Source: Blastocatellia bacterium (GTDB taxonomy: Bacteria > Acidobacteriota > Blastocatellia > Pyrinomonadales > Pyrinomonadaceae). From it: 64,000 nt of DNA. This document shows, piece by piece, positions 46,672 through 55,837 of the stretch (positions are counted from its first letter, which is position 1; every line of letters begins with the position of its first letter). The stretch spans positions 138,150 to 202,149 of the forward strand of contig JAWVDF010000022.1 of assembly GCA_033857635.1 (NCBI GenBank), read 5' to 3'. Under the pieces are notes generated by a model that saw only the letters and a program-made list of their open reading frames with translations, made no database searches and had not been told where the DNA came from. Position numbers and translations under genes: made by a program.

Positions 46672-48798
46672 CTACTGCCCCGTAATCCCAACTTCAATAA
46701 TCATATTTCCCAGCGAATCAATTCGCGCTTTGCAGCCCTCAGGGATCACAGTCGTCGCCGAATATTCGGTCACTACGCAAGGCACACGCAAACGAGAGCC
46801 TGCAGCGACCTCTTCTCTGCGATACACGCCCCCACGCACTTCTTTCCTGTCAAAGAACGTCTCGACCAAATCGTGTGGTTTGGTAAGGCCTTTCGCATCG
46901 ACTTGTTTCAGTCGAGTCTCTTTCAACTTATCCACCACGCCGATTGATCGCACGCGTGCACTCACGATCTCAACGACACTGTTTTCCCGCGCATAACCAT
47001 AGCGCGTTCGATGAGCGCGATGACACGCAGCAGCGATATTCCCGCTCGTCTGTTTTATCTGCAGCTCGAATGACTGCCCCTGGTAACGCACCGCCAAAGA
47101 CCTTTCGTGACGTTGTTTGTTTTCCGCAAAACCCTCGCGACGCAAATCAAGCCGGGCCCGTTTCTCAATCTCACTGAACACTCGCGCCAGTTTTGGCCCC
47201 ACGTCGCGAGTCGCCGCCAGCATCACCGTTCGGCTTTGATCTTTCACCACGTCAGCCGTCAAGACTCCCTTCGCTGAAAGTGCTCCCGGTGAAGGCTGCA
47301 CAATAATTCGCGGGATGCGCAAAGCGCGCGCGAGGGCCACCGCGTGCAGACCGCCCGCGCCGCCGAAAGGGACCAGGTTAAACTCACGCGGGTCGTTGCC
47401 ACGCTCGACTGAGACGTGGCGCAGGGCGCGTTCCATGTTCGTGTTGACCACATCAAGCACTCCGTGCGCGGCTTCAAAGATGGTCACACGTCCTCCCGCG
47501 GCCGAGGTCAGCTCGCCGGCTAACTGGCTGAGCGCTTCGCGCGCCCGCGCTGCATCAAGTTTGAAATCACCGCCAAGTAGTCCTGCCCCCGGGAAATGAC
47601 CGAGCACCACGTGCGCATCCGTCACGGTCGGCAAAAACGATCGCCCGTAACACGCCGGGCCGGGATCGGCGCCCGCCGACTCTGGCCCAACTCTCAGGGA
47701 ACCGCCTTCGTCGACGTAGGCAATCGATCCGCCGCCGGCGCCAACCGTGTGAATGTCCATCATCGGCACGGCCACCGGTAATCCCGCGACGATGGCTTCA
47801 CTAGTCAAACGCATCCCGTCGCGATCGCACAGCGCCACATCAGTCGAGGTGCCGCCCATATCAAACGTAATAATGTTTTCAAAGCCGGCTGCCTTGCACG
47901 CGCGCAGTGCGCCGACCACGCCGCCAGCGGGCCCGGAAAGAATAGTGCGCACTGGTTCGACGGCGGCGGCGGTGGCTGAGATACTGCCACCCGACGACTG
48001 CATCACGCGCAGATTGAAAGCCTGATTGTTGCTTCCGCTGACGCTTTCACTCAAACGCTCAAGATAGCGGCCCATCAATGGTTGCAGGTAAGCGTTGACG
48101 GTAACAGTCGAGGTGCGCTCGTATTCACGATACTCCGGCAGAATTCGGTGCGAGATTGAGAGGGGCAGACCCAGGGCCTCGAGCGTCTGCGCGATTGTCT
48201 CTTCGTGCTTTGAATTAGCAAACGAGAACAGCAGCGACACGGCGATCGACTCACAACCTGACTGTTTGATGCTTTGGTAGAGCTCTCTTAGTTCGCTCTC
48301 GCGAAGGGGTTCAATCACCTCGCCCGAAGCCGCGATCCTTTCATGAACGCCAAACCTTAAGTCACTGGCAACCAAAGTTGGAGGCTTAACTGCATTCAGA
48401 TTGTAGAGCTCAGGTCGTGCCTGACGTCCAATCTCGATCACATCTTCAAACCCCGCAGTGGTCACCAAAGCGACGCGGGCGCCACGACGTTGCAGCAGAG
48501 CGTTGGTCCCGACGGTTGTGCCGTGCACCACCTCGACGTCAATTAGGGACACACCGGTTTCGGCGGCGATGCGACGCAGGCCCGCAGTGATAGCGCGCGA
48601 AGGTTCGTCCGGTGTCGAAGGCAACTTGAAAATCCGCAGCTTGCCCGCGACCGCGAAAACAAAATCGGTGAAGGTGCCGCCGGTGTCGACACCCGCGCGC
48701 ACGTTTCGAGAACGCCGGTCTTTGCTGCTGTTGGTTTTCAATCCTTTAGCCGGACAGTTTGTCTTTCTGTTTACTGGATAGGCGCGCAATGTTGCCAC
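46672..48798 (-). CDS. hyuA: Hydantoinase/oxoprolinase family protein (HyuA-type)
   Basis: GVDTGGTFTDFV N-terminal motif and FDMGGTSTDV. A shorter GTG start at 48702 is equally plausible. Confidence 0.85.
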   Translation of the reverse strand: MATLRAYPVNRKTNCPAKGLKTNSSKDRRSRNVRAGVDTGGTFTDFVFAVAGKLRIFKLPSTPDEPSRAITAGLRRIAAETGVSLIDVEVVHGTTVGTNALLQRRGARVALVTTAGFEDVIEIGRQARPELYNLNAVKPPTLVASDLRFGVHERIAASGEVIEPLRESELRELYQSIKQSGCESIAVSLLFSFANSKHEETIAQTLEALGLPLSISHRILPEYREYERTSTVTVNAYLQPLMGRYLERLSESVSGSNNQAFNLRVMQSSGGSISATAAAVEPVRTILSGPAGGVVGALRACKAAGFENIITFDMGGTSTDVALCDRDGMRLTSEAIVAGLPVAVPMMDIHTVGAGGGSIAYVDEGGSLRVGPESAGADPGPACYGRSFLPTVTDAHVVLGHFPGAGLLGGDFKLDAARAREALSQLAGELTSAAGGRVTIFEAAHGVLDVVNTNMERALRHVSVERGNDPREFNLVPFGGAGGLHAVALARALRIPRIIVQPSPGALSAKGVLTADVVKDQSRTVMLAATRDVGPKLARVFSEIEKRARLDLRREGFAENKQRHERSLAVRYQGQSFELQIKQTSGNIAAACHRAHRTRYGYARENSVVEIVSARVRSIGVVDKLKETRLKQVDAKGLTKPHDLVETFFDRKEVRGGVYRREEVAAGSRLRVPCVVTEYSATTVIPEGCKARIDSLGNMIIEVGITGQ

Positions 48799-48848
48799 TG
48801 AGTAAACAGATCGCGCAAGTGCGGTTTGTGGCAGAAGCCCGACGGATT

Positions 48849-48944
48849 GAGTCAGTACCGGGAGCGGTAGCGACCGGGTCGGCGTCCCGCCGACTCGACC
48901 GTCTAGAAGGCTGGACCCGGTCGCTACCGAGTCTGTGTCAAAAC
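48849..48944. repeat. GAGTCAGTACCGGGAGCGGTAGCGACCGGGT doublet with a GAGTCTGTGTCAAAAC end
   Basis: Same design as 51689..51779. Confidence 0.8.
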
Positions 48945-48974
48945 TTCGGACGTGCGCCTAAGGTAACCATTTTC

Positions 48975-49070
48975 TTAAACGCAGAGGGCGCAGAGGTTTT
49001 CGCAGAGGTACGCAAAGTAAGGCAGTTCTCTGCGCGCCTCTGCGAAAACCTCTGCGTCCTCTGCGTTAAG
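48975..49070. repeat. Palindromic CGCAGAGG-rich element
   Basis: TTAAACGCAGAGGGCGCAGAGGTTTTCGCAGAGG ... CCTCTGCGAAAACCTCTGCGTCCTCTGCGTTAAG. Confidence 0.8.
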
Positions 49071-49096
49071 ATCCTCTTTGACATCGCACATCCTGA

Positions 49097-49136
49097 GTTT
49101 TGACACAACCTCTACCGCTCTCGGTACTGACCTCAT
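49097..49136. repeat. Solo arm GTTTTGACACAACCTCTACCGCTCTCGGTACTGACCTCAT
   Basis: Inverted with respect to the left end of 48849..48944. Confidence 0.65.
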
Positions 49137-49222
49137 CGCAATGAAGAGATCGGAATGATGCCCGCTGCATTGACGCGAACTCACATTTCACTTATTGTTT
49201 TGCTCCTCGACAGATAGAGCCT

Positions 49223-49552
49223 ATGGACTTTCTACTCGCATTCAATGACCGCGCCGCTCTGGTCGGCGACATGGAGGGCAAGGTCCACACCGTGACCCGG
49301 GCAGCCCAGGTGCCGGTGCCGGAGTGGGAAAGCCAGCTACGCTCTGCTTATCTCGAACCCGAGCATGGGTACAATGAAGAGGGCGCTGCGTTTACGAACA
49401 TGACTGGAGATTTTCGTTTCGTAAACGGCGAGGTACAAGTGGTCCGGTTGGATGGAGTGAAGCCTTATCAAACTTATGCCGACGATGCCGCCGGCCTCTC
49501 AGTCCGCGCAGTTTTTCTCTCGCACCTCAATCAGTGGACTGTGGCTGATTGA
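49223..49552 (+). CDS. Hypothetical protein
   Basis: 109-aa ORF with protein-like composition. No family recognised. Confidence 0.4.
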   Translation: MDFLLAFNDRAALVGDMEGKVHTVTRAAQVPVPEWESQLRSAYLEPEHGYNEEGAAFTNMTGDFRFVNGEVQVVRLDGVKPYQTYADDAAGLSVRAVFLSHLNQWTVAD

Positions 49553-49642
49553 GTGTGGCACGTTGATCAGGGGGCGAAACGGTTTCGATCCGCGTGCGCT
49601 TGATTGTGGGCAGGGCTGAGTGTTGATGCCCTCATGACAAAG

Positions 49643-49710
49643 CGATCCACGAAATCACACGAAGCGAAAAATGGTTTTGCTGGTTTGGTTTCGTGTGAGT
49701 TCGTGGATCG
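49643..49710. repeat. CGATCCACGAAATCACACGAAGC inverted doublet
   Basis: Read directly. Confidence 0.8.
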
Positions 49711-49761
49711 TTCTGTCGCGCGGGCAAAGGCCCGGAACCTAACTAACCTATTATGCCGAAC

Positions 49762-50262
49762 TCATTCAGTTGATTTCTTCGACGTCTCTTCACTCACCGA
49801 TTCAGCATCCTGATCCGGTTCCGGATCCTGATAAGCAAAAACCGCATCCTCTTCAAATGACGGAGTCAGGTGGGCAGCCAGACGGTCGATGAAGGAACGC
49901 AATCGCCCAGGGCCCTCTTCAGCAGTCGCTTCACTTTCAGAATCAACTCGAGATTCAAGCCGAACCAATTGGGCCGTCATGTAGCGGCACGAAGCACACT
50001 GCACCAGGTGAGAGATTAGAGACGACGACTCAGCTTCCTCCAGCCGGCCTTCGACAAAAGCGCTGATCGCGTCCTCGTCGAGATGGTCGTCAAAGCGGAC
50101 CACTACAGCCTCAGCCGCCAGACGAGTCTTGAGACGCCGGTCGATCAGCTGGCGAATCCCCTCTGTCTCTGCATTTGGTTTTGGTTCCGTCACGATTCTC
50201 GTCTCGAGGCTGCTAAAAGCTAATACGAACCCACACGAAAAAGCACGAAGCAGACCCTTCAC
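49762..50262 (-). CDS. Anti-sigma factor (zf-HC2 type)
   Basis: AFVEGRLEEAESSSLISHLVQCASCR is the HxxxCxxC anti-sigma motif. The N-terminal ~50 aa of the ORF are repeat-derived, so a GTG start at 50103 (MVRFDDHLDED...) is likely. Confidence 0.55.
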   Translation of the reverse strand: MKGLLRAFSCGFVLAFSSLETRIVTEPKPNAETEGIRQLIDRRLKTRLAAEAVVVRFDDHLDEDAISAFVEGRLEEAESSSLISHLVQCASCRYMTAQLVRLESRVDSESEATAEEGPGRLRSFIDRLAAHLTPSFEEDAVFAYQDPEPDQDAESVSEETSKKSTE

Positions 50263-50292
50263 TTCGCTTGCTTCGTGTGATTTCGTGGATCG
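50226..50292. repeat. CGATCCACGAAA...-family doublet (degenerate left arm) overlapping the 5' end of ORF 49762..50262
   Basis: Right arm GCTTCGTGTGATTTCGTGGATCG. Confidence 0.7.
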
Positions 50293-50335
50293 TTTTCACT
50301 CGGTCTCTTCCTGGCTCAACGTGTTATTAACAGCT

Positions 50336-51457
50336 CTACGCCTCTTCCGTGTTGAAGCTTTCCGTGCCTCTGTCCATGGTCGTGGGGCGCGCATTAAGTC
50401 GCAATCCTCCGGCAGGATCTTCGGCGGCGATCGTTTTACAAATTTCGATCTCCGCCGGATTCAATCCATGTTTGTTCGCCAGTTCAGCATGGAAGTGGAC
50501 CGAAACTTTTTGGTAAACCTTCTCCAGCCATCGCATCACGGTCGATTCGTGGACACGAGGCGGCTGGCCGCCTTCAAGTCGTTTTGACTGTCGCTGAAAC
50601 CAGCGCCGAATGGGCGATTGCGGCTGCTCGACGATGCGAGCTATCTCGCGCAGCTTGAGGCCGTCGACGTGATAGTAAAGCAATAGCAGCGTTTCATGAT
50701 CGTCGAGCGCCGCCAGCGATTCATCCAACGCGGCAGCAGTCGCCGATTCATAACGTTCGCGCACTACACTCAACAGCAGTAACTCCTCGCCTCCGCCCGT
50801 CGAAAGCGACGCCGGCCGGCCGGCAGTTTCATCGCCGCTCTCTGTCCAATCCTCCAGCGACACTTCGTCTTTTCTACTACGATACAAATCCACGACCGTA
50901 TGCAACATCACCGTTCGCAGCCAGCCGCGCAAAGTGCCTCGGCCCCTGTAGCTCACGAACTTCGATTGCCGAGCGCCGTTGATAACCCTGGTCCCAAAGA
51001 GGTCCGCATAGACCGAATCGATTACTTCATCGGCATCGGCGCCGTTGCGAATCAAATGGCGCGCCCATCGTTCGATGAACGAACGGTACTCGCGATCGAA
51101 CTCCCACCAGGCCTGTTCGTTGCCATGGGCACAGGCCAGCGCGAGGTAAAGGTCTCGACTCTGCAGCCCGGCAACGAAGCGACGGATTTGATCGGCCGAC
51201 GGGACCGTGCCCGGCTCTGCAAAACCGATCAGATACTTTCTGACAGCCGCGATCAACGCCGCTCGGAAGTCTGACGAGGGGACTTGAAAACTCGAGTACG
51301 CTTTCGCGCAATCAGCATGGATGGCGTCAATTTCAGACGCGCAGGCGGTCAGGTGATCGTGAAACTCTGCTTCTGACTGCTCGGGCCCGAGAGTGCGAAG
51401 GTCGGTCAAAGTCCGCACATTATATTGACAAAGAGCAATGCGAACAACCGAATTCAA
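50336..51457 (-). CDS. Sigma-70 family (ECF-like) sigma factor with an N-terminal extension and an insertion in region 4
   Basis: Region 2 (VYADLFG...RGTLRGWLRTVMLHTVVDLYR). Region 4 (LLLYYHVDGLKLREIARIV ... HESTVMRWLEKV) is interrupted by about 22 aa. Confidence 0.7.
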   Translation of the reverse strand: MNSVVRIALCQYNVRTLTDLRTLGPEQSEAEFHDHLTACASEIDAIHADCAKAYSSFQVPSSDFRAALIAAVRKYLIGFAEPGTVPSADQIRRFVAGLQSRDLYLALACAHGNEQAWWEFDREYRSFIERWARHLIRNGADADEVIDSVYADLFGTRVINGARQSKFVSYRGRGTLRGWLRTVMLHTVVDLYRSRKDEVSLEDWTESGDETAGRPASLSTGGGEELLLLSVVRERYESATAAALDESLAALDDHETLLLLYYHVDGLKLREIARIVEQPQSPIRRWFQRQSKRLEGGQPPRVHESTVMRWLEKVYQKVSVHFHAELANKHGLNPAEIEICKTIAAEDPAGGLRLNARPTTMDRGTESFNTEEA

Positions 51458-51688
51458 AGAGCTGGAGTAGATTGCTTTGCGCCTTGGGTTCCTCTTTGCG
51501 CCCTTGCGATCACTTTAGTTAGTTGCGGTTTCACGCAAATGCGCAAAGGAAAACTGAAGCCGCAAAGAAGAACACACCGCGATGGAGTTTAATAGAGTCA
51601 TCGGCCTTGCTCCGTCGTCGTCTTCAATTAATGGACGCGTTGAGAGTAGAGTTTTTGCCTTGGAATTAGTGAGAACCCGGTGTCGATT

Positions 51689-51779
51689 GAGTCAGTAGCG
51701 GGAGCGATAGCGACCGGATGATCGTCCAGGCAACTTCCAGTCGACAGATACGCGGTCGCTATCGAGTCTGTGTCAAAAG
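51689..51779. repeat. GAGTCAGTAGCGGGAGCGATAGCGACCGG doublet with a GAGTCTGTGTCAAAAG end
   Basis: Read directly. Confidence 0.8.
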
Positions 51780-51789
51780 TCGATTTCTT

Positions 51790-52075
51790 AACGCCGAAGG
51801 CGTTTCATAACTCAGCCCAGGGTAACACCCTGGGACTTGGCCGAGCATTTGAGCCTACGCTGAAGGCGTTGAATAATGACCGGATGCATGACCCGCAAGT
51901 GAATGAATTCTTAAACCCTATACAAGGCCGGGGGAAAGGGGAACGAAGTATTCACGTCGCGTAGCGACGTCTGAAACTAGTTCGAATTCAGTTGTCGCTA
52001 TGCGACAAGACTCGCTAACCGCCTAATCCCGGCGTTGAAACGCCGGGCTAAACTCATACCGACGCTACGCGTCGA
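51790..52075. repeat. REP cluster of short GC hairpins (AACGCCGAAGGCGTT, CCCAGGGTAACACCCTGGG, ACGTCGCGTAGCGACGT, CCCGGCGTTGAAACGCCGGG, CGACGCTACGCGTCG)
   Basis: Read directly. Same hairpin style as the RAYT flanks. Confidence 0.7.
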
Positions 52076-52182
52076 AGCCACTTGTTCAGAAGTTCCTGAA
52101 GTTGTCGTACAGCCTCTAGACATCTAAGCCTGGGCCGAAAAGGCGAGGCCTTTCCGCACATCGGGCTGCACAGCCTCAGCAC

Positions 52183-52584
52183 CTACTTATGTAACTGACA
52201 TGCCCCGCTGGCATCGCATGGCGGCGGCACGCCAAACAGGGTATAGCGCCGCGCGGCGAGCCAGCGATAAAACGTCGCTCCAATTTTGGTGAACGGCCAA
52301 ACAGAGAGAATGGGAGCCAACCATTTCCATCGCGGCAAGACACGAATGACTTCAATCCAGGCGCCGTAGCCTTTGGCCCAGCGACCGCCCGAGGTGCGCG
52401 TGTGCATCTCGTCTGCCATCTCGTCATGCGTATGCGGCGCGGCGCGTTGCAGAATCTCAGGATCGTTGTAGTCCAGCCACTCGATGCGTCGGTCGCGATC
52501 TAACGGGTCAACCCGCGCGCGGATCCAGCGACAGAGATTGCAATGACCGTCGGTGTAGACTTCGATTTTGTCAGTCTGTTTCAT
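52183..52584 (-). CDS. DCC-family thiol-disulfide oxidoreductase (DUF393)
   Basis: VYTDGHCNLCRW is the DGxCxLC motif. Confidence 0.8.
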   Translation of the reverse strand: MKQTDKIEVYTDGHCNLCRWIRARVDPLDRDRRIEWLDYNDPEILQRAAPHTHDEMADEMHTRTSGGRWAKGYGAWIEVIRVLPRWKWLAPILSVWPFTKIGATFYRWLAARRYTLFGVPPPCDASGACQLHK

Positions 52585-52800
52585 CTGTTTGGCGGCGGCG
52601 AAGAGTGGTTAATTCTCAACTCTGAAAATGTTTAGAGGCGGGCTTACTGCCCGCCGAGTTAATAAGTCAGCACCATACAATAGCGGACTGCGGCGAGCAA
52701 CAGGTTGGTGTTTGAGAAGGACGCACGGCCCGCATGTCGGTACAGATTGAAGGGATTCAGCCAGTAGCGTCCGAATAAAGTGTTCCTACGGCGGGGCACA

Positions 52801-52862
52801 AGCCCGACCGTCAGGGAGGGCTCGGAAAGGTCCGTCACAGAGCCCTCCCTGACGGTCGGGCT
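52801..52862. repeat. Perfect 23-nt-arm palindrome AGCCCGACCGTCAGGGAGGGCTC / GAGCCCTCCCTGACGGTCGGGCT
   Basis: Arms at 52801..52823 and 52840..52862. Confidence 0.9.
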
Positions 52863-53044
52863 AATACCCCGCTCTGAGGCTCGACTTAGCAACACAATGT
52901 CAGGACACTAGCTTACTTGCCATTCCCCTTCCCGCTCGGCTAAATTATCGCTCAACCCGCAGTCACATCCCGGCTTTGCATTCGCACGAACCCCGAGGGA
53001 TGTCTGTCGCTGGAACTCGCTTTTGAAAGGACTCATCTGCGTTT

Positions 53045-55138
53045 ATGAAAGTCTACGCCACCGAAGCAATTCGCAACCTTGCGGTCATTGGACACGGCGA
53101 CGCAGGGAAGACGCAACTGGTCAGTTCTCTTCTCTACGTCGCAGGCGCCACGCCCCGCTGGGGCAAAGTCGATGAGGGCACGACCACGACCGATCACGAA
53201 GAAGATTCCATTGCCCGCAAGATCACCCTCAATCTCGGCATCGCCCACGCGGAACACCGCGAAACCAAAATCAATCTTATCGACGCGCCGGGTTACGCCG
53301 CATTCGTTTCGCATGCGCGGCCGGCGGTGCGCGTGGCCGACTGCGGCATCGTCGTCGTCGACGGCGTCAAAGGCGTCGAGGTGCAAACGGAAAAGACCTG
53401 GACCTTCGCCAATGAGTTCATGCTGCCGCGCATCATGGTGGTGACGAAGTTAGATAAAGAGCATTCGGATCTCGGGATTGCCCTCGACAGCGCACACAAA
53501 GTTTTCAGCCGCGCGATTATTCCTTTCACGCTGCCCATCGGGAAAGAACACGACTTTCGCGGTGTCGTCGACGTGGTGCACATGAAGGCTTACAGCTTTG
53601 ACGAAAGCGGCAAAGCGAAAGAGATCGACATCCCCACGGAAGGCCGCGACGTAGTCGACAAGACCCGGGAACGTCTGATTGAACTGGTGGCTGAATCCGA
53701 CGACGCCTTGATGGAAAAATATTTCGAGCAGGGCACGCTCGACGACGCTGATGTGATCCCGAACATTGGCAAGGCGATCGCCGCCAGCAAACTCTGTCCG
53801 GTCTACTCAGTTTCAACCACTACCCTGGTCGGCCTTTCGACCTTGCTCGATCACCTTATTGAATTTGCCCCCGACCCCGCCCACCACGAAGCCGAGCACG
53901 GCAAGGACGAGAAGGGCGAGCCGGCGTCACGAAAGTATTCGACCAGCGAGCCCTTCTCAGCGTATGTCTTCCGCACCATCGCCGATCCTTTTGCCGGCCG
54001 CATCAATGTGATGAAGGTCATCAGCGGCCACGTCGGAACGGACGCTACCGTGTACAACTCAACGCGCGGCACAACGGAACGGCTGGGCGCGCTGCATTCT
54101 ATTCAAGGCAAACAGCTCGACAAATTACCGGAGGCAAATGCGGGCGACATCATCGCCTGCGTGAAGTTAAAAGAGACCCAGACGGGCGACACCCTGTCCG
54201 ACAAAGCCAAAGCAATCATTTACGATCCGGTGCAATATCCGGAAGCGGCGATTGCTTTCGCGATTGAACCAAAGTCGCGTCAGGACGAAGAAAAGATCAG
54301 CGTCGCAATTCATAAGATTCTGGAAGAAGATCCCGCGCTTAGTTTTACTCGCGACGCGCAGACGAAAGAGTTCCTGCTGGCCGGCTCAGGCCAGGTGCAC
54401 GTCGAAACTATCGTCGATAAATTGAAGAAGCGCTACAACGTCGAGGTGATGCTGCACCCGCCTAAGGTCCCTTACAAAGAAACGATCACGCAGCGCGCCG
54501 AAGTGCAGGGCCGCCACAAAAAGCAGACCGGCGGCCGGGGACAGTTTGGCGATTGCAAAGTCGTTTTTGAGCCGATGCCGCGGGGCGGCGGCTTTATTTT
54601 CGAAGACAAAATCTTCGGCGGTTCGGTGCCGCAGCAATTTCGCCCGGCGATTGAAAAAGGCATCATCGAAGCCGCGGGCCACGGTGCAATAGCAGGTTAT
54701 CCGCTGGTCGATTTCAAGGTGCAACTGATCGACGGCTCGTATCACAACGTCGACTCAGACGAACACAGTTTCCGCGCCGCCGGCCGCAAGGCATTTCGCA
54801 ACGCGATGGAAAAAGTGAAGCCGGCCTTGCTGGAACCAATCATGGATGTCGAGATCGATGCGCCGCAGGAATGCAGCGGCGACATCATGGGCGATCTCAA
54901 CTCGCGCCGCGGACGAGTGCAGGGCATGGACACGCGCGGCAAGCAGCAAGTGGTCAAGGCGCAGGTGCCAATGTCTGAGATGCTCAACTATCAATCAACC
55001 CTCAACTCAATCACCGCCGCGCGCGGTACTTTCCACATGCAGTTCTCGCATTACGATCCCGTCCCCAGCCAGATTGCGCAGAAGATTATTCAGCAGGCGA
55101 AGGATGAAGGACGGATTCGAGTGGCGGAAGAAGATTAG
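53045..55138 (+). CDS. Elongation factor G paralog (EF-G2-like)
   Basis: 697 aa. G1 GHGDAGKT, G3 DAPGY, G4 TKLD, and full EF-G domain order through GRGQFGD and the domain V motifs. Not located in an str operon. Confidence 0.9.
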   Translation: MKVYATEAIRNLAVIGHGDAGKTQLVSSLLYVAGATPRWGKVDEGTTTTDHEEDSIARKITLNLGIAHAEHRETKINLIDAPGYAAFVSHARPAVRVADCGIVVVDGVKGVEVQTEKTWTFANEFMLPRIMVVTKLDKEHSDLGIALDSAHKVFSRAIIPFTLPIGKEHDFRGVVDVVHMKAYSFDESGKAKEIDIPTEGRDVVDKTRERLIELVAESDDALMEKYFEQGTLDDADVIPNIGKAIAASKLCPVYSVSTTTLVGLSTLLDHLIEFAPDPAHHEAEHGKDEKGEPASRKYSTSEPFSAYVFRTIADPFAGRINVMKVISGHVGTDATVYNSTRGTTERLGALHSIQGKQLDKLPEANAGDIIACVKLKETQTGDTLSDKAKAIIYDPVQYPEAAIAFAIEPKSRQDEEKISVAIHKILEEDPALSFTRDAQTKEFLLAGSGQVHVETIVDKLKKRYNVEVMLHPPKVPYKETITQRAEVQGRHKKQTGGRGQFGDCKVVFEPMPRGGGFIFEDKIFGGSVPQQFRPAIEKGIIEAAGHGAIAGYPLVDFKVQLIDGSYHNVDSDEHSFRAAGRKAFRNAMEKVKPALLEPIMDVEIDAPQECSGDIMGDLNSRRGRVQGMDTRGKQQVVKAQVPMSEMLNYQSTLNSITAARGTFHMQFSHYDPVPSQIAQKIIQQAKDEGRIRVAEED

Positions 55139-55146
55139 GATTGTAG

Positions 55147-55784
55147 CGTCCACGAAGTGGACGAACTTAATAGCCGTGGGCAACGCCCACGGTTCGATCC
55201 AACCTTCAATGGCGACCCTGAAAGGGTCGGAGAGGAACTCCCATGGCTCAAACTCTCGTCAGCCTTTTGGTGCACGTGATTTTCTCCACAAAGAACCGTG
55301 AACCGCTAATAACTCCCAACATCGAACCCGAACTATTCGCATACATCGGTGGGATTTTGAAGAACAATGAATCACGGTTGCTCGATGCGGGCGGGACCTT
55401 TGATCACGTACACCTACTGATTTCACAATCCAAGAACATCGCCCTCAGTTCCTTAATGAAGGATGTGAAGAAAGATAGCTCTTCATGGGTAAAGACGAAA
55501 GGAAGCGAGTTCAGAAACTTTCATTGGCAAGATGGATATGCCGGCTTTTCTGTTGGAAGGCCAACGGTCCCTGGCTTGAAACAATATCTTGCCAACCAGA
55601 AAGAACATCATCGAAAGCGAACGTTTCAAGAAGAGCTGATGCAATTCCTGGACGAATACGGAGTCGAATATGACGCGCGATACCTTTGGAATTGATCTGT
55701 TCGACCCTTGCAGGGTCGCTGTCGTTTGCATCATCGATCCGTGGGCGTTGCCCACGGCTATGTAATCCGTCCGCTTCGCGGACG
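55147..55784. mobile_element. RAYT/IS200-like unit: Y1 transposase gene framed by mirrored triplets of hairpins
   Basis: Left side: CGTCCACGAAGTGGACG (55147..55163), AGCCGTGGGCAACGCCCACGG (from about 55170), CGACCCTGAAAGGGTCG (55213..55229). Right side, mirrored: CGACCCTTGCAGGGTCG (55702..55718), CCGTGGGCGTTGCCCACGGCT (55739..55759), CGTCCGCTTCGCGGACG (55768..55784). Confidence 0.7.
55243..55695 (+). CDS. IS200/IS605-family Y1 (HUH) transposase, REP-associated (RAYT-like)
   Basis: 150 aa. HUH motif FDHVHLLIS. C-terminal WQDGYAGFSV Tyr region. Confidence 0.8.
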   Translation: MAQTLVSLLVHVIFSTKNREPLITPNIEPELFAYIGGILKNNESRLLDAGGTFDHVHLLISQSKNIALSSLMKDVKKDSSSWVKTKGSEFRNFHWQDGYAGFSVGRPTVPGLKQYLANQKEHHRKRTFQEELMQFLDEYGVEYDARYLWN

Positions 55785-55837
55785 AAACGCCAGGGACGGC
55801 TTGACGGATGCATTCTAAAAACCATCAGCCGCGCAGA

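Noticed and set aside
46376-46947. N-terminal extension of hyuB to 46636 and the 173-aa + strand ORF 46426..46947 with LELWQLE / QGQVPSS-type sequence.
   Set aside because: Both are translations of the 21-nt tandem array and the palindromic doublet. HyuB homology begins at the GTG at 46375 (MKKFDPITLEIY).
55483-55825. Minus-strand ORFs 55483..55755 and 55511..55825 (MGNAHGS...).
   Set aside because: They are translations of the RAYT gene antisense strand and its flanking hairpins.
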